NCBI GenBank assembly: GCA_042218075.1
Contig: JBDGRK010000005.1
Coordinates: 36,716-100,715 of the forward strand
Reading direction: 5' to 3'
Length of the DNA stretch: 64,000 nt
Origin: Candidatus Nanohaloarchaea archaeon
GTDB lineage: Archaea > Nanohalarchaeota > Nanosalinia > Nanosalinales > Nanosalinaceae
Below the pieces are notes generated by a model, which searched no databases, was not told where the DNA came from, and saw nothing but the letters and a program-made list of their open reading frames with translations. The translations under genes were made by a program, and so were the position numbers. Positions 19,875 to 29,512 of this stretch are shown here, piece by piece (position 1 is the stretch's first letter; every line of letters starts with the position of its first letter).

Positions 19875-20789
19875 TTATCTTTCTACCCTGTGCCGCCAGT
19901 CAGAATACTTCTCTCCTTTTCCACTTACAACTTCCATGAACTCCGACTGTATTTCTTCCGTTACAGGACCTCTTCCATCAGAAATCTGCTTTCCATCTAT
20001 TTCTCTAATAGGAGTGACCTCTGCCGCAGTACCTGTAAAGAATGTCTCGTCCGACCTGATAAGCTGGTCACGCGTCATCCTCTTCTCCTTCACGGCGTAA
20101 CCCAGGTCTTCGGCTATCTGCCTGACTGAATCCATCGTAATTCCTTCTAGAACAGAGGAAGCGGGCGGTGTTAAAAGCTCTCCATTTCTTACAGCGAAAA
20201 GGTTCTCTCCTGAGCCCTCGGCTACGTATCCTTCGGGAGTAAGCATTATCGCCTCATCCATTCCATTTCTTATGGCCTCCTGCTTCGCCATCACCGAGTT
20301 AACATAGTTTCCGTTAGCTTTTGCCTTCGTCGGCATAACGTTTGGGTGATGCCGGTTCCATGAAGCAGTCTGGACCTCGACCCCGTTCTTCAGTGCTTCC
20401 TCTCCCAGGTAAGCTCCCCAGGGCCAGACCGCTATCGAAACCTTGACAGGATTATCATTCGGGTTCAGACCCATAGGTCCGTACCCCCTGAAGGCGACAG
20501 GCCTGACGTAACATGACTTGAGTTCATTTTCAAGTATTATCTTTTCCGTGGCATTTACCAGCTCCTGTTTGGAGTAGTCAAGATTCATTCCGGTTATCTT
20601 CGCAGAGTCGAGGAACCTCTCCATGTGGGAGTCAAGCCTGAAAACCGCGGGCACGCCATCGTTCTCATACGCCCTTATTCCCTCGAATACTCCTGTACCG
20701 TAGTGCAGGGCGTGAGTCAGAACGTGTACATTCGCGTTTTCCCATTCAACCATCTCGCCGTCCATCCAGATGTAGTCAACAGGCTCCAT
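19875..20789 (-). CDS. ilvE: Branched-chain amino acid aminotransferase
   Basis: HALHYGTGVFEGIRAY, AKANGNY, EGSGENLF, LEGIT, FFTGTAAEVTPI. Confidence 0.96.
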   Translation of the reverse strand: MEPVDYIWMDGEMVEWENANVHVLTHALHYGTGVFEGIRAYENDGVPAVFRLDSHMERFLDSAKITGMNLDYSKQELVNATEKIILENELKSCYVRPVAFRGYGPMGLNPNDNPVKVSIAVWPWGAYLGEEALKNGVEVQTASWNRHHPNVMPTKAKANGNYVNSVMAKQEAIRNGMDEAIMLTPEGYVAEGSGENLFAVRNGELLTPPASSVLEGITMDSVRQIAEDLGYAVKEKRMTRDQLIRSDETFFTGTAAEVTPIREIDGKQISDGRGPVTEEIQSEFMEVVSGKGEKYSDWRHRVER

Positions 20790-20867
20790 GTAAATTCTCC
20801 AGGCACTAAAATTCTTAATTTTAACCAGAGCCCTGAAATAGAAGAAGAGATTAGGATAGTAGAAAAC

Positions 20868-21254
20868 CTATTCCAGTTTACTACCAACAAGGCCTTCCTT
20901 CTCCTCTAAAAATTCGGCTTCGGCTCTCATTGCTCTCTCTGTCACATCTGAAGTTTGCTCATACTCTGATCCTCCATCAGTTTCCAACTGTGGCTTGTAG
21001 AAATCCTCTCCATCTCTGCGAACAGTACGAAGCTCGACATCTTCACCATGGTGTTCCCGTGCCTTTTCTTCACTCCGGTACAATCTAACTCCCGGAACTC
21101 CTCCATCAGGTATCAATCCCTCTTCCATTCTTCCATCTCTCTTGGCAACTTTATGTCTCCTTGGAAATGCGCCTCTACACATATCTCGGGAATCAGTATA
21201 ATTATCTCTAAATTGATTGGCCTGAATCTCCTCAGTAGGCATCGGCATCTCCAT
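20868..21254 (-). CDS. Orphan acidic protein with ETDGG motif
   Basis: 128 aa ORF; SD GAGGT lies inside the upstream mini-ORF. Confidence 0.65.
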   Translation of the reverse strand: MEMPMPTEEIQANQFRDNYTDSRDMCRGAFPRRHKVAKRDGRMEEGLIPDGGVPGVRLYRSEEKAREHHGEDVELRTVRRDGEDFYKPQLETDGGSEYEQTSDVTERAMRAEAEFLEEKEGLVGSKLE

Positions 21255-21256
21255 CT

Positions 21257-21328
21257 CTAACCTCTGTAGAGTTTTCCCCTGGATTTTGAAATTTTGCTGA
21301 ATGCTGTGTTATGGTAGTTTTTTTTCAT
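21257..21328 (-). CDS. Mini-ORF (23 aa) coupled to the downstream orphan gene
   Basis: SD AAGGTG; MKKNYHNTAFSKISKSRGKLYRG*; stop 2 nt before the next ATG. Confidence 0.55.
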   Translation of the reverse strand: MKKNYHNTAFSKISKSRGKLYRG

Positions 21329-21333
21329 GTTGA

Positions 21334-21504
21334 AACACCTTTGACGAATGAAGATGATCTAATGCGGCACGAGCACCGCAATCGAGAAACTCTGCCAGCC
21401 CACGGAAAGGTCATACCTTTCGGTATAGTCGGAAACCTTTTCCGTCAATAATTCAGCTGGCATGAACTCTCACAACCGAAAGTATAGAATCAATGATTTA
21501 TAAA
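21334..21504 (-). promoter_or_regulatory. Structured leader with uORF and anti-SD hairpin upstream of the orphan-ilvE unit
   Basis: TTTATAAA at 21497-21504; long stem TGCCAGC/GCTGGCA plus ACGGAAA/TTTCCGT capped by ATACC-GAAA-GGTAT; uORF 21359-21463 ending SIAVLVPH*; CATCTT pairs with SD AAGGTG. Confidence 0.6.
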
Positions 21505-21554
21505 CATTCTCTACCTCACGACTCTAAAAGTCTTAGGTTTCATCTTAACCTAGT

Positions 21555-24500
21555 ATGGAAACCACGGTGATGATCGGGGAGAAGCCGAAAGTGGCATCGC
21601 GACTGGCTAACGCCCTTGGAGATTATTCTGTAGAAGAGAACAGAGGCGTAAAGAACTACGTGATGGAGACAGAAAACAGAGAGATAATCATAGCGCCGGC
21701 GGTTGGCCATATATTCAACCTGGAGCAGACGGAGGAAGGCTGGGATTACCCTGTATTCGACGTGGAGTGGAAACCAATATTCGAGACACAGGACGGAGCG
21801 AACTATGTAAAGAAATACTTCAATAACCTGAGAGATCAACTGGAGAAAGCAGACTCCTACATCAACGCCTGCGACTTCGATGTAGAAGGCGCGACTATAG
21901 GCGGGGTCATACTCAAGGAAATAGCCGAGGCCGAAAATCAGGAGATAGAAAGAATGAAGTTCTCCACGCTGACTCCCTCAGATCTACAGGATGCGTTCGA
22001 CAACCTTGAAGAGTTCGACCACGGAATGACTGAGGCGGGCATCACCCGCCATGTGCTCGACTTCTACTACGGCATCAATGTTTCTCGCGCCTTGATGAAA
22101 GCCGTGAGAAGCAACGACCGCTACAAGACACTATCCACCGGAAGAGTGCAGGGTCCGACCCTGAAGATACTGGCGGAGCGCGAAAGAGAGATAAAGGAGT
22201 TTGAGCCGGAGCCTTACTGGGAGCTCTATCTGATACACGAAGAGTTTGAAGCCCAGTGGGAGGACGAAGAGGACAGGATATGGAAGGAAGAGGTAGCGGA
22301 CAGGATTTTCTCGAAAATCAAAGGAGAGGAAAGGGCAAGAGTTTCAAACATCAAGGTAAACAACTACAAGCACAACCCTCCAATCCCGTTCAACCTGACA
22401 GGACTCCAGAGCGAAGCATCCTCACAGTTCAACCTTTCACCCAAGGCAACGCAGTCGATATCACAGGATCTCTACGAAGAAGGTCTGATCTCGTATCCTA
22501 GAACAGAGTCGCAGAAACTTCCGCCGAAGATAGGTTATAAGAACATCCTCAACAAGCTGAAGAAAAAGAAAGACGATTATAAGGAGAAAGCGGAGAAAGT
22601 TCTGGAGAAGGATAAAAACGATAATCTATACACCACGCAGGGGAAGAAGGAAGATGATGCCCACCCCGCGATATATCCAACGGGAGAGGGATCGACCTCC
22701 AGCCTTTCAAAGAGGGAGAAGCAGGTCTACGACCTGATAGTCAAGCGTTTCTTCGCAGTGTTTGGAAAAACCGCGAAGAGAAAGTCGCTGACGATGACCC
22801 TGAGTGTAAAGGAGGAGGATTTCAAGGCCAAGTCGAAGGTAACGGTGGAGAGAAACTGGTACGACCTCTACGAACCCTATGTGAAGGTGGATGAGGCAGA
22901 ACTTCCCGACCTTGAAGAGGGAGATGTGCTGGATGTAGAAGAGTTCCGGAAGGAGGAGAAGGAGACCCAGCCCCCGAACCGCTACTCTCAATCCAAGATC
23001 GTCAATAAACTTGAAAAGAGAGAGCTGGGAACCAAGTGTCTAACTGAGGAAGAGAAAATAATCGTCAGGGATGGAGATAGTATCGATAGAGTCCCGGTTT
23101 CGGAACTACTTGGAAATCAAAATCGGAATGAAGGCCAGATACAGATTACAAGTTCGAATAAAGATCTGCAAGTAATAGGTTACAACTCAAACTTTGAGAA
23201 AAGTGGCTTTTCAGCCATAAGTAGAAGAAAATTGGAGGAGGATGAAAAAGTTGTAGAATTAAAATTGAGAGATTCTTCGACAATTAATGTAACTTCAAAT
23301 CATCCTGTACTAGTACTTGAGGATGGAGAAGCAGTCTATCGGGAAGCTGGGAAAGTTGATAAAGGAGATAGATTAATCAGATCTCACAGAGCGGATGTTG
23401 GATCAGTTAATCAGATAGGATTTGAAGAATTTATCCAGAAACTGGACAGAAAATCATCTCTCTACGGCGACTGCAAATTCAGGAAAGAGAGAGAAAGACT
23501 TGGTCTCTCCCAGAAGAATATGGCGGATAGATTGGAAACTCCCAGATCCACTCTGAGCAAGGTGGAAAATAGAAAGCATGGTCTGCTGAGATACTGGAAG
23601 AAAGCAAACCTTGAAGAACCAGATTATATCTCTAGTGAGAACTTTGAGTTAAAAATTCCAAATCCTTTCCCGATTAAAATCTCTCCGGCGTTTATGCGAT
23701 TGGTAGGGATGCTAGAAGGGGACGGCTCACTAGATATTGAGGGAAAGAAAAAAGAGAACAAGCTTGATTTCCGTTATCATAATACTGAGAAGGAGCTGGT
23801 TAACCAGTTCCGCAGAGATGTAGAATCAATCTTTAGATTCAGACCTGAGATAAAATGTGAACCGCCAAGCACAGGCGACCTGGATCGTTATTACGTTCGG
23901 TTACCAGCTGTCATTGGTAGGATTATGTCAATTATTACTGAAAATCTATCTCGAAAATGGATAATGAAGCAGGATAGAGGGAGCCATTACGTGGGTGCGC
24001 TACTAGCGGATGAAGGACATGTATCAAATTCAGAACCTAAAATATTCATCTCCAATACTGATAAAGGTATACTTCAAAACTGCAGTGAAATACTTCTTTC
24101 TAAAGGGATAGACTCGAAAATAAATATGTCGCAGAAAAAAATCTATATCAGAGGCCGTAGAAATCTGGAAAAATTCCTAGAAGAAATACCTATATTTTCT
24201 ACCAGAAAACATCAGGCGCTAATAGACCTCCTGGAGAGACACTACAAATTTGGGGGAGAGGAGTCCAGTTTGATGAAACAGAAAAAGATTCTGAGCAAAG
24301 TACAGGAAAAACCGAGGACACTGAAGGATATATCGGAAGGACTTGAAATGTCGGAATCCGCGGTAAAGCATCAACTCTACAATCTAAGAGACAAGGGATA
24401 CGTCGAGAAGAAGATAGAGGGAATCTCAGAAAGACCCAGGAAAATCATATTGTATGAATCAACGGAACCTATATCCGAAACATTCTTCAGCGAACTTGAT

Positions 24501-25202
24501 GAGAAGGCATTTGGAGAGGCTCATACGGCAGAAGTTGGTTCCGTAAATGAAGTAAAATATAGCGGTTATGTCTACGATATATTAGATACAGAGAATAATA
24601 ACTTTATTCTTGACAACAGAACAGTTGTCCACAACTCTACCAGGGCACAGACCGTGGATAGACTCTACGACCGGAACTATATTGAAAACCAGCCGATAGA
24701 GGTCACTGACCTGGGACTTGTGATAGTCGAGACACTGGAAGAATACTCCCCCGACCTTGTCTCAGAAGAGCTGACCAGAGAGTTCGAGAAGAAGATGGAA
24801 TCCATCCGGCAGGAGAAAGAGTCCCGGGAAGAAGTTCTGGACGAAGCCCAGGACAAGCTTATCGAGACTCTGACAGGTTTCCGGGAACACCAGAAGGAGA
24901 TTGGGAAGAAGCTGGTGGAGACTATAGACCAGGAAAGGCAGAGGAGGAGACAGCTCGGTCCATGCGATCAATGTGAGGACGGCACACTGAGGATGATAAA
25001 GAAGGGCGGTTCAAGGTTCGTCGGCTGTTCAAACTACCCTGACTGCGAGAACACCTATCCCCTGCCGAACAACGGCGACATAGAGTCTACCGATGAGATA
25101 TGTGATGAATGCAACACGCCGAAGATTTTCGTGGATAGAGATAAAGGAAAGAACTACAAAATGTGTATTAAAGTCTCATGTCCTACTAAAGACAACTGGT
25201 AA
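21555..25202 (+). CDS. topA: DNA topoisomerase IA with intein
   Basis: IGEKPKVA (TOPRIM), ACDFDVEG, LSTGRVQGPTL, LISYPRTES, C-terminal Zn ribbons; insertion between LGTK and STRA. Confidence 0.96.
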   Translation: METTVMIGEKPKVASRLANALGDYSVEENRGVKNYVMETENREIIIAPAVGHIFNLEQTEEGWDYPVFDVEWKPIFETQDGANYVKKYFNNLRDQLEKADSYINACDFDVEGATIGGVILKEIAEAENQEIERMKFSTLTPSDLQDAFDNLEEFDHGMTEAGITRHVLDFYYGINVSRALMKAVRSNDRYKTLSTGRVQGPTLKILAEREREIKEFEPEPYWELYLIHEEFEAQWEDEEDRIWKEEVADRIFSKIKGEERARVSNIKVNNYKHNPPIPFNLTGLQSEASSQFNLSPKATQSISQDLYEEGLISYPRTESQKLPPKIGYKNILNKLKKKKDDYKEKAEKVLEKDKNDNLYTTQGKKEDDAHPAIYPTGEGSTSSLSKREKQVYDLIVKRFFAVFGKTAKRKSLTMTLSVKEEDFKAKSKVTVERNWYDLYEPYVKVDEAELPDLEEGDVLDVEEFRKEEKETQPPNRYSQSKIVNKLEKRELGTKCLTEEEKIIVRDGDSIDRVPVSELLGNQNRNEGQIQITSSNKDLQVIGYNSNFEKSGFSAISRRKLEEDEKVVELKLRDSSTINVTSNHPVLVLEDGEAVYREAGKVDKGDRLIRSHRADVGSVNQIGFEEFIQKLDRKSSLYGDCKFRKERERLGLSQKNMADRLETPRSTLSKVENRKHGLLRYWKKANLEEPDYISSENFELKIPNPFPIKISPAFMRLVGMLEGDGSLDIEGKKKENKLDFRYHNTEKELVNQFRRDVESIFRFRPEIKCEPPSTGDLDRYYVRLPAVIGRIMSIITENLSRKWIMKQDRGSHYVGALLADEGHVSNSEPKIFISNTDKGILQNCSEILLSKGIDSKINMSQKKIYIRGRRNLEKFLEEIPIFSTRKHQALIDLLERHYKFGGEESSLMKQKKILSKVQEKPRTLKDISEGLEMSESAVKHQLYNLRDKGYVEKKIEGISERPRKIILYESTEPISETFFSELDEKAFGEAHTAEVGSVNEVKYSGYVYDILDTENNNFILDNRTVVHNSTRAQTVDRLYDRNYIENQPIEVTDLGLVIVETLEEYSPDLVSEELTREFEKKMESIRQEKESREEVLDEAQDKLIETLTGFREHQKEIGKKLVETIDQERQRRRQLGPCDQCEDGTLRMIKKGGSRFVGCSNYPDCENTYPLPNNGDIESTDEICDECNTPKIFVDRDKGKNYKMCIKVSCPTKDNW
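23037..24635 (+). mobile_element. Intein with LAGLIDADG endonuclease and HTH domains in TopA (533 aa)
   Basis: Starts CLTEEE, block B VTSNHP, LVGMLEGDG and VGALLADEG motifs, ends VVHN followed by Ser; visibly AT-richer than the exteins. Confidence 0.93.
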
Positions 25203-25207
25203 ATACT

Positions 25208-26707
25208 TTAGATTTTTAGTTTTCTATTGAGCTTTTCAATCTGTTTCTGGCTGTAACTCTGGAACTTTGGTTCATATCTATAAAATGTCTTAAAGAACCG
25301 GATTACCGTCCAATTTCTCAAATAATATTTATACTTATCTCTAATCACAGTTGTGTCAAATAGTTTCTCCAATTTTGAGGCAGTATCACTATTTTTATTC
25401 TGGATTCTTAGCTCATCTTTGCTAGATATCAAGTTAGATGCTATATTATCTATATTTTGGGATACCTTGACAGGCAATTTTACACCTGAATTAGAATTTC
25501 CTCTCAATCCTACTTTGAACTCCACTTCTTCTTTATTCAATTTCTCCAAAAAAGTTTCTCTAGATTCAAATATTGAATCTAACTTCTCTACAGAAGCAAA
25601 ATCGATTTCATTCTCCCAAGCATAAACCTGATTTTTTGATATACCTAATTCAGATCCTAATTCCTTCTGGTATAGATTATTCCTTTCTCTATAATCTCTA
25701 ATCTCATCACCCAATCCTAGGACCCTTAAATCGCTGATTTTTCCAAGATCAAAGTATGGTAAGTAAAAATTATGATTTCTTCTTCCCCTATAACACAGAG
25801 TCCTGGATCCATTTTTCAGCTTTGAAAAAATATGCTTTTTCTTCCTAGGATGTGCAGATCCAATCTTTTCGCAAAAGTATTCGAAATAATTACCTGAAAT
25901 CCTAATCCTGCCAACACCGTTCCTTTCTCTTCTATTTTTAGTCTCAATTCCCATATACTGAAGATCAGAAACACATTGATCGATAAAATGATCAGTTGCG
26001 GATGTTATTGTTACACGGTTACTTTGAGAAGAAACCGCACCATCTGCATCAAATAAACCCCTCCAATAAGCACCCAGCAATTCTTCATCTTCACTAAAAA
26101 GACTTGGCCGCCTTAATTTTCCTTTTTTATAAGATTCTGGCAACTTGAAAAAATATCTGAGGAACCTACAGAACCATTTATTTGAAACAGTCAGTTGAAT
26201 TTTATTTCCTCTATCTAGAATAGTTATAGATTTTTGAGGTATACCAAATAGTCTTTGAATCTTCATTGACATATCCTCGATAAAATCTCTGGAATGTGAG
26301 ATTTCCGAATCATTCTTTCCTCCGTCCACTAAAGTCCATCTAGATGAGTCAGAGAATCCGCCATCACCAGCAGCCAGACCAGCGAAATAAGCATATTCAT
26401 CTGATCTTAATTCAGAAATAAATCTAGGAGGATCAAATCTTGATTTATCTCCATATCCTGTGATGTAATCTATAGCTTCAGCTAGTTCTTTTGAACTATA
26501 TCTTGTTAAAAAGATTTCCAAAGGCCATAAGTTTCGCTCTTCGCAATTCCTAATTAAATAACCTTCATAATTTTCCAGATCAGTAGAATCAAAATTAAAT
26601 CTAGAGTTAAGCTTAGCGTATGGCTTCTCTCTAAAAGTTTTATCCAAATCTCTAGAGACCGATTCAACTATTTTAAGCTCTCCAGACTCGTAAAATAGCT
26701 CTTCCAT
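25208..26707 (-). CDS. Free-standing LAGLIDADG homing-endonuclease-like protein with XRE-type HTH
   Basis: FAGLAAGDG and WRGLFDADG motifs; LYQKELGSELGISKNQVYAWEN HTH; AT-rich; no intein termini. Confidence 0.85.
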   Translation of the reverse strand: MEELFYESGELKIVESVSRDLDKTFREKPYAKLNSRFNFDSTDLENYEGYLIRNCEERNLWPLEIFLTRYSSKELAEAIDYITGYGDKSRFDPPRFISELRSDEYAYFAGLAAGDGGFSDSSRWTLVDGGKNDSEISHSRDFIEDMSMKIQRLFGIPQKSITILDRGNKIQLTVSNKWFCRFLRYFFKLPESYKKGKLRRPSLFSEDEELLGAYWRGLFDADGAVSSQSNRVTITSATDHFIDQCVSDLQYMGIETKNRRERNGVGRIRISGNYFEYFCEKIGSAHPRKKKHIFSKLKNGSRTLCYRGRRNHNFYLPYFDLGKISDLRVLGLGDEIRDYRERNNLYQKELGSELGISKNQVYAWENEIDFASVEKLDSIFESRETFLEKLNKEEVEFKVGLRGNSNSGVKLPVKVSQNIDNIASNLISSKDELRIQNKNSDTASKLEKLFDTTVIRDKYKYYLRNWTVIRFFKTFYRYEPKFQSYSQKQIEKLNRKLKI

Positions 26708-26821
26708 AATATTTCTAACTTTGAAATATTAAAATACCTGATCCAAAATCTTCCGCTATTCCGGGAGAAAAGAAATAAGGGAAAAATAAAAGAGAGCTAT
26801 CATATTGTACAAGAAGGTTAA

Positions 26822-27196
26822 TCACAGCGAGGATTCAGAGAATTCACCACCTCTCTCAAACATTCTGGCCTGGCTTTCACCCCCATCGACAGAAGAGTTG
26901 TGCCGAACATCCCTCATTTTTTCTTCGTATTCCTGTTCTTGCTCTTCCACTTCTCCTCCATCGGTTGCAACAGGTTTCAGGAAGTCTTTAGTCTGTCTCC
27001 AGTTGGGTAGAGATCTCATTCTCTGCATCATTAATTCATTTCCAACCTCAGCAGACATAACTCCCTCATAGTCGCTATCTGTTTCAGGAGTTACTCTGTA
27101 CTTGCTTCTTCTAGTCTCCTCTACATGGTAACCGTTTCTATCAAACTCTCTCGCCTCTTCTTCAGTGAGATCAAGGTAAACAGAGTTTCCAGCCAT
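26822..27196 (-). CDS. Orphan acidic protein with ATDGG motif
   Basis: Start MAGNSV at 27196 shares TGATG with the upstream mini-ORF. Confidence 0.65.
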   Translation of the reverse strand: MAGNSVYLDLTEEEAREFDRNGYHVEETRRSKYRVTPETDSDYEGVMSAEVGNELMMQRMRSLPNWRQTKDFLKPVATDGGEVEEQEQEYEEKMRDVRHNSSVDGGESQARMFERGGEFSESSL

Positions 27197-27279
27197 CAAG
27201 ATCTCCCCCAAGAGCTGTTTCTATTCTCGTACTGGTTTTTGACGTTTGCGTCGTGGTTGTGGTGTGTTGTGTTTGTCAT
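27196..27279 (-). CDS. Mini-ORF (27 aa) coupled to the downstream orphan gene
   Basis: SD AGGTGA; MTNTTHHNHDANVKNQYENRNSSWGRS*; TGATG overlap. Confidence 0.6.
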   Translation of the reverse strand: MTNTTHHNHDANVKNQYENRNSSWGRS

Positions 27280-27284
27280 GGTTG

Positions 27285-27555
27285 TCACCTACAGCAAGAA
27301 GCTGTTCCCGACCTGCCAGGCCAAGAAACAGCGAGAAAACTCTACACAATAAGCAGCAGCACAATCAGGATAATCGAAACTGCACTGAATTCAGATACTT
27401 TCGAAAACAAACCAGAATCCATATTTGAGAAACTAACCGAGCAGAACATGTCCACCCTGGATAAAGCATCCACCCTGCACAAAATATTCACCCGTGGGGG
27501 CCGTGGACAGTGCTTTATGGAACATAGTCGTTAAGTCTCCTCTATTCTTTATAAA
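27285..27555 (-). promoter_or_regulatory. Putative Val/Ile/Leu-sensing triple-site frameshift leader
   Basis: TTTATAAA 22 nt before ATG 27525; uORF 27433-27525 with GGT GAA TAT TTT GTG / GGT GGA TGC TTT ATC / GGT GGA CAT GTT CTG; +1 frame ends IILIVLLLIV* at 27342; hairpin follows. Confidence 0.75.
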
Positions 27556-27563
27556 ACTCAGGT

Positions 27564-28418
27564 TCAGCGCACCTCTCCGGAAAGAAATTCTATAACCCTG
27601 TCGGTTCTGCTCTGAGCCGACTCCAGGTCGAACTCCTCGCCAAGTTGCTCAAACTTTTTCCTGAAAGCTTCTTCGTCGCCTATTATCTCGGAGAGTTCCT
27701 CTGCCGACTCTATAAATCTCTCCCTGACCTCCTCATTCTCGGGATTCTCCGCCTGTATAGAACCGTAGAGCCCGGCTTTTTGATTCAGTATTCTTGCGGT
27801 GAGATCAGTTATAAGCTGGTAGACCGGCGAGGAATAGTTTGAGATTTCCTCGCCAGAAAGATCAGATTTCCTTATAGTCTCCGCGACAACAAGCTCGGAG
27901 AAATGCATCAATCCCTGGACTATAGACATCGCCTCATCGTGAGTCTCCGGATCGGTGATATGTGTTTCCGCCCCTCTGCTCTCCCAGAACTCCTCCATCT
28001 CCGTCCATTTCTTTCCCTTCTCCGGGCACAGCACCACTTTCTGTCCTTCAATAGAATTGGTGGGAGCGTACATAGGATGCATTCCAAGAACCTCATCCGA
28101 GTACTTCTTCATCGCTTCAACCGGTTTCTTCTTCACCGAAGTGATATCGCAGAAGAGAGCGTCTTCAGGCACTTCTTCCCCTACCTCGTGGATCACTTCA
28201 ACGGTCACAGAGATCGGGACCGCCACAATTACAACATCCGCACCCTCCACAACCTCAGAACTTCTACCGTAATCCCAGTCTTCTCCCTCAGCGGCTTCTC
28301 TCGCTTTCTCCAGCGATCTACCTGAAACGGAAACCTCATTATTCTCTTCTAGATGACCGGCGAGATGCTGACCGAACTTTCCCGTCCCTCCAACTATCGC
28401 GACTTTCTTTCCTATCAT
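27564..28418 (-). CDS. tyrA: Prephenate dehydrogenase
   Basis: VAIVGGTGKFG Rossmann motif, DITSVK, GMHPMYAP, HDEAMSIVQGLMH. Confidence 0.93.
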   Translation of the reverse strand: MIGKKVAIVGGTGKFGQHLAGHLEENNEVSVSGRSLEKAREAAEGEDWDYGRSSEVVEGADVVIVAVPISVTVEVIHEVGEEVPEDALFCDITSVKKKPVEAMKKYSDEVLGMHPMYAPTNSIEGQKVVLCPEKGKKWTEMEEFWESRGAETHITDPETHDEAMSIVQGLMHFSELVVAETIRKSDLSGEEISNYSSPVYQLITDLTARILNQKAGLYGSIQAENPENEEVRERFIESAEELSEIIGDEEAFRKKFEQLGEEFDLESAQSRTDRVIEFLSGEVR

Positions 28419-29512
28419 AGATTATCCTCGATAATGTCAAAGCCGCGCTCTATCTGCTGCTTTGAAGTCGAGCCGAAGCATATCCTGACATTCCTATCGC
28501 TTCCCGGACCCATCGGCTCGCCGGGAACCATCGCGACTCCCTCTTCAACCATCTCAAGACAGAAATCCCAGGAATCTCTCCCTATTTCAGGAAAAGTGTA
28601 GATCGCTCCCTCAGGCTCGACAAAATCCCATCCCAGCTCTTCCATTCTCTCGACCACTGAATCTCTCCTTTTCCTGTATGCCTCTCTCATTTCCTCAACA
28701 TGAGAATCGTTTTCAAGCGCCTCTACAGATGCCAGCTGGGAAATTTTTGGAGGAACTGCAGTCGAGGCTCTGCCTACCTTTGCGTAATTCTCAAGATTCT
28801 GAGACTCATCTACCACCCAGCCAACCCTCCATCCTGTCATCGCGTGATTCTTCGAGACAGAACCGATTATGCAGGAGTTATCGGTGAAAGCCGCAGGAGA
28901 GTAATGTTTCCTGCCGAAAGTCAGCCTATGGTAAACTTCGTCGGAGACCAGAAAAGTGCCTGAGTCTTCCGCGACTCTTGCAATTTGCCTCGCCTGTTTT
29001 TCCGAGAGGGTGTAGCCCGTGGGATTGCCTGGTGTATTAACCACCATCAGGTCTGCCTTCTCGATCTCTTCCCTGGCCTCCTCACGGAGCTCCCGGTCCT
29101 CGTTCCAGTACTCTACCTGTCTCCATCTGTTGCCGTTCACTTCGCTTATCATCTTGTAGGGCCCCCAGCAGGGATCGTTGAACAGTGCTTTATTTTCCCT
29201 CCCAAGTCTCGCGGAGAATACTGCGAATAGAGCGCCCATTCCTCCAACTGTAACCAGTACATTTTTCGGGTCTACCTGGATTCCATGCTTACGACTTTCC
29301 TCTCCGGCAACTGCCTCTCTCAGCTCTTCCAGACCCATCATCGGTGAGTAACCCTGTTTTTCCTCCAGCCTTTCTCTTGCTGACTCTTTAATGTGTTGGG
29401 GGGTGTCGAAGCTGGGCTGGCCGATATCAAACCTGACACATTCCTCCTGCTCCGAGGCCTTTTCCGCAATTCTTCTGATCGAAAGATCTATGTTTTCGAT
29501 CCTCTCCCTCAA
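28415..29512 (-). CDS. Class I/II PLP-dependent (aromatic/aspartate) aminotransferase
   Basis: NTPGNPTG, SDEVY, SVSKNHAMTGWRVG; located in the Phe/Tyr operon. Confidence 0.92.
   Translation of the reverse strand: MRERIENIDLSIRRIAEKASEQEECVRFDIGQPSFDTPQHIKESARERLEEKQGYSPMMGLEELREAVAGEESRKHGIQVDPKNVLVTVGGMGALFAVFSARLGRENKALFNDPCWGPYKMISEVNGNRWRQVEYWNEDRELREEAREEIEKADLMVVNTPGNPTGYTLSEKQARQIARVAEDSGTFLVSDEVYHRLTFGRKHYSPAAFTDNSCIIGSVSKNHAMTGWRVGWVVDESQNLENYAKVGRASTAVPPKISQLASVEALENDSHVEEMREAYRKRRDSVVERMEELGWDFVEPEGAIYTFPEIGRDSWDFCLEMVEEGVAMVPGEPMGPGSDRNVRICFGSTSKQQIERGFDIIEDNL

Noticed and set aside
21453-21473. Tiny GTG AGA GTT CAT GCC AGC TGA uORF with GTT-C as a possible His-sensing shift site
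   Set aside because: It lacks the GGTGRA element and His has no link to ilvE; the +1 ORF has its own ATG.
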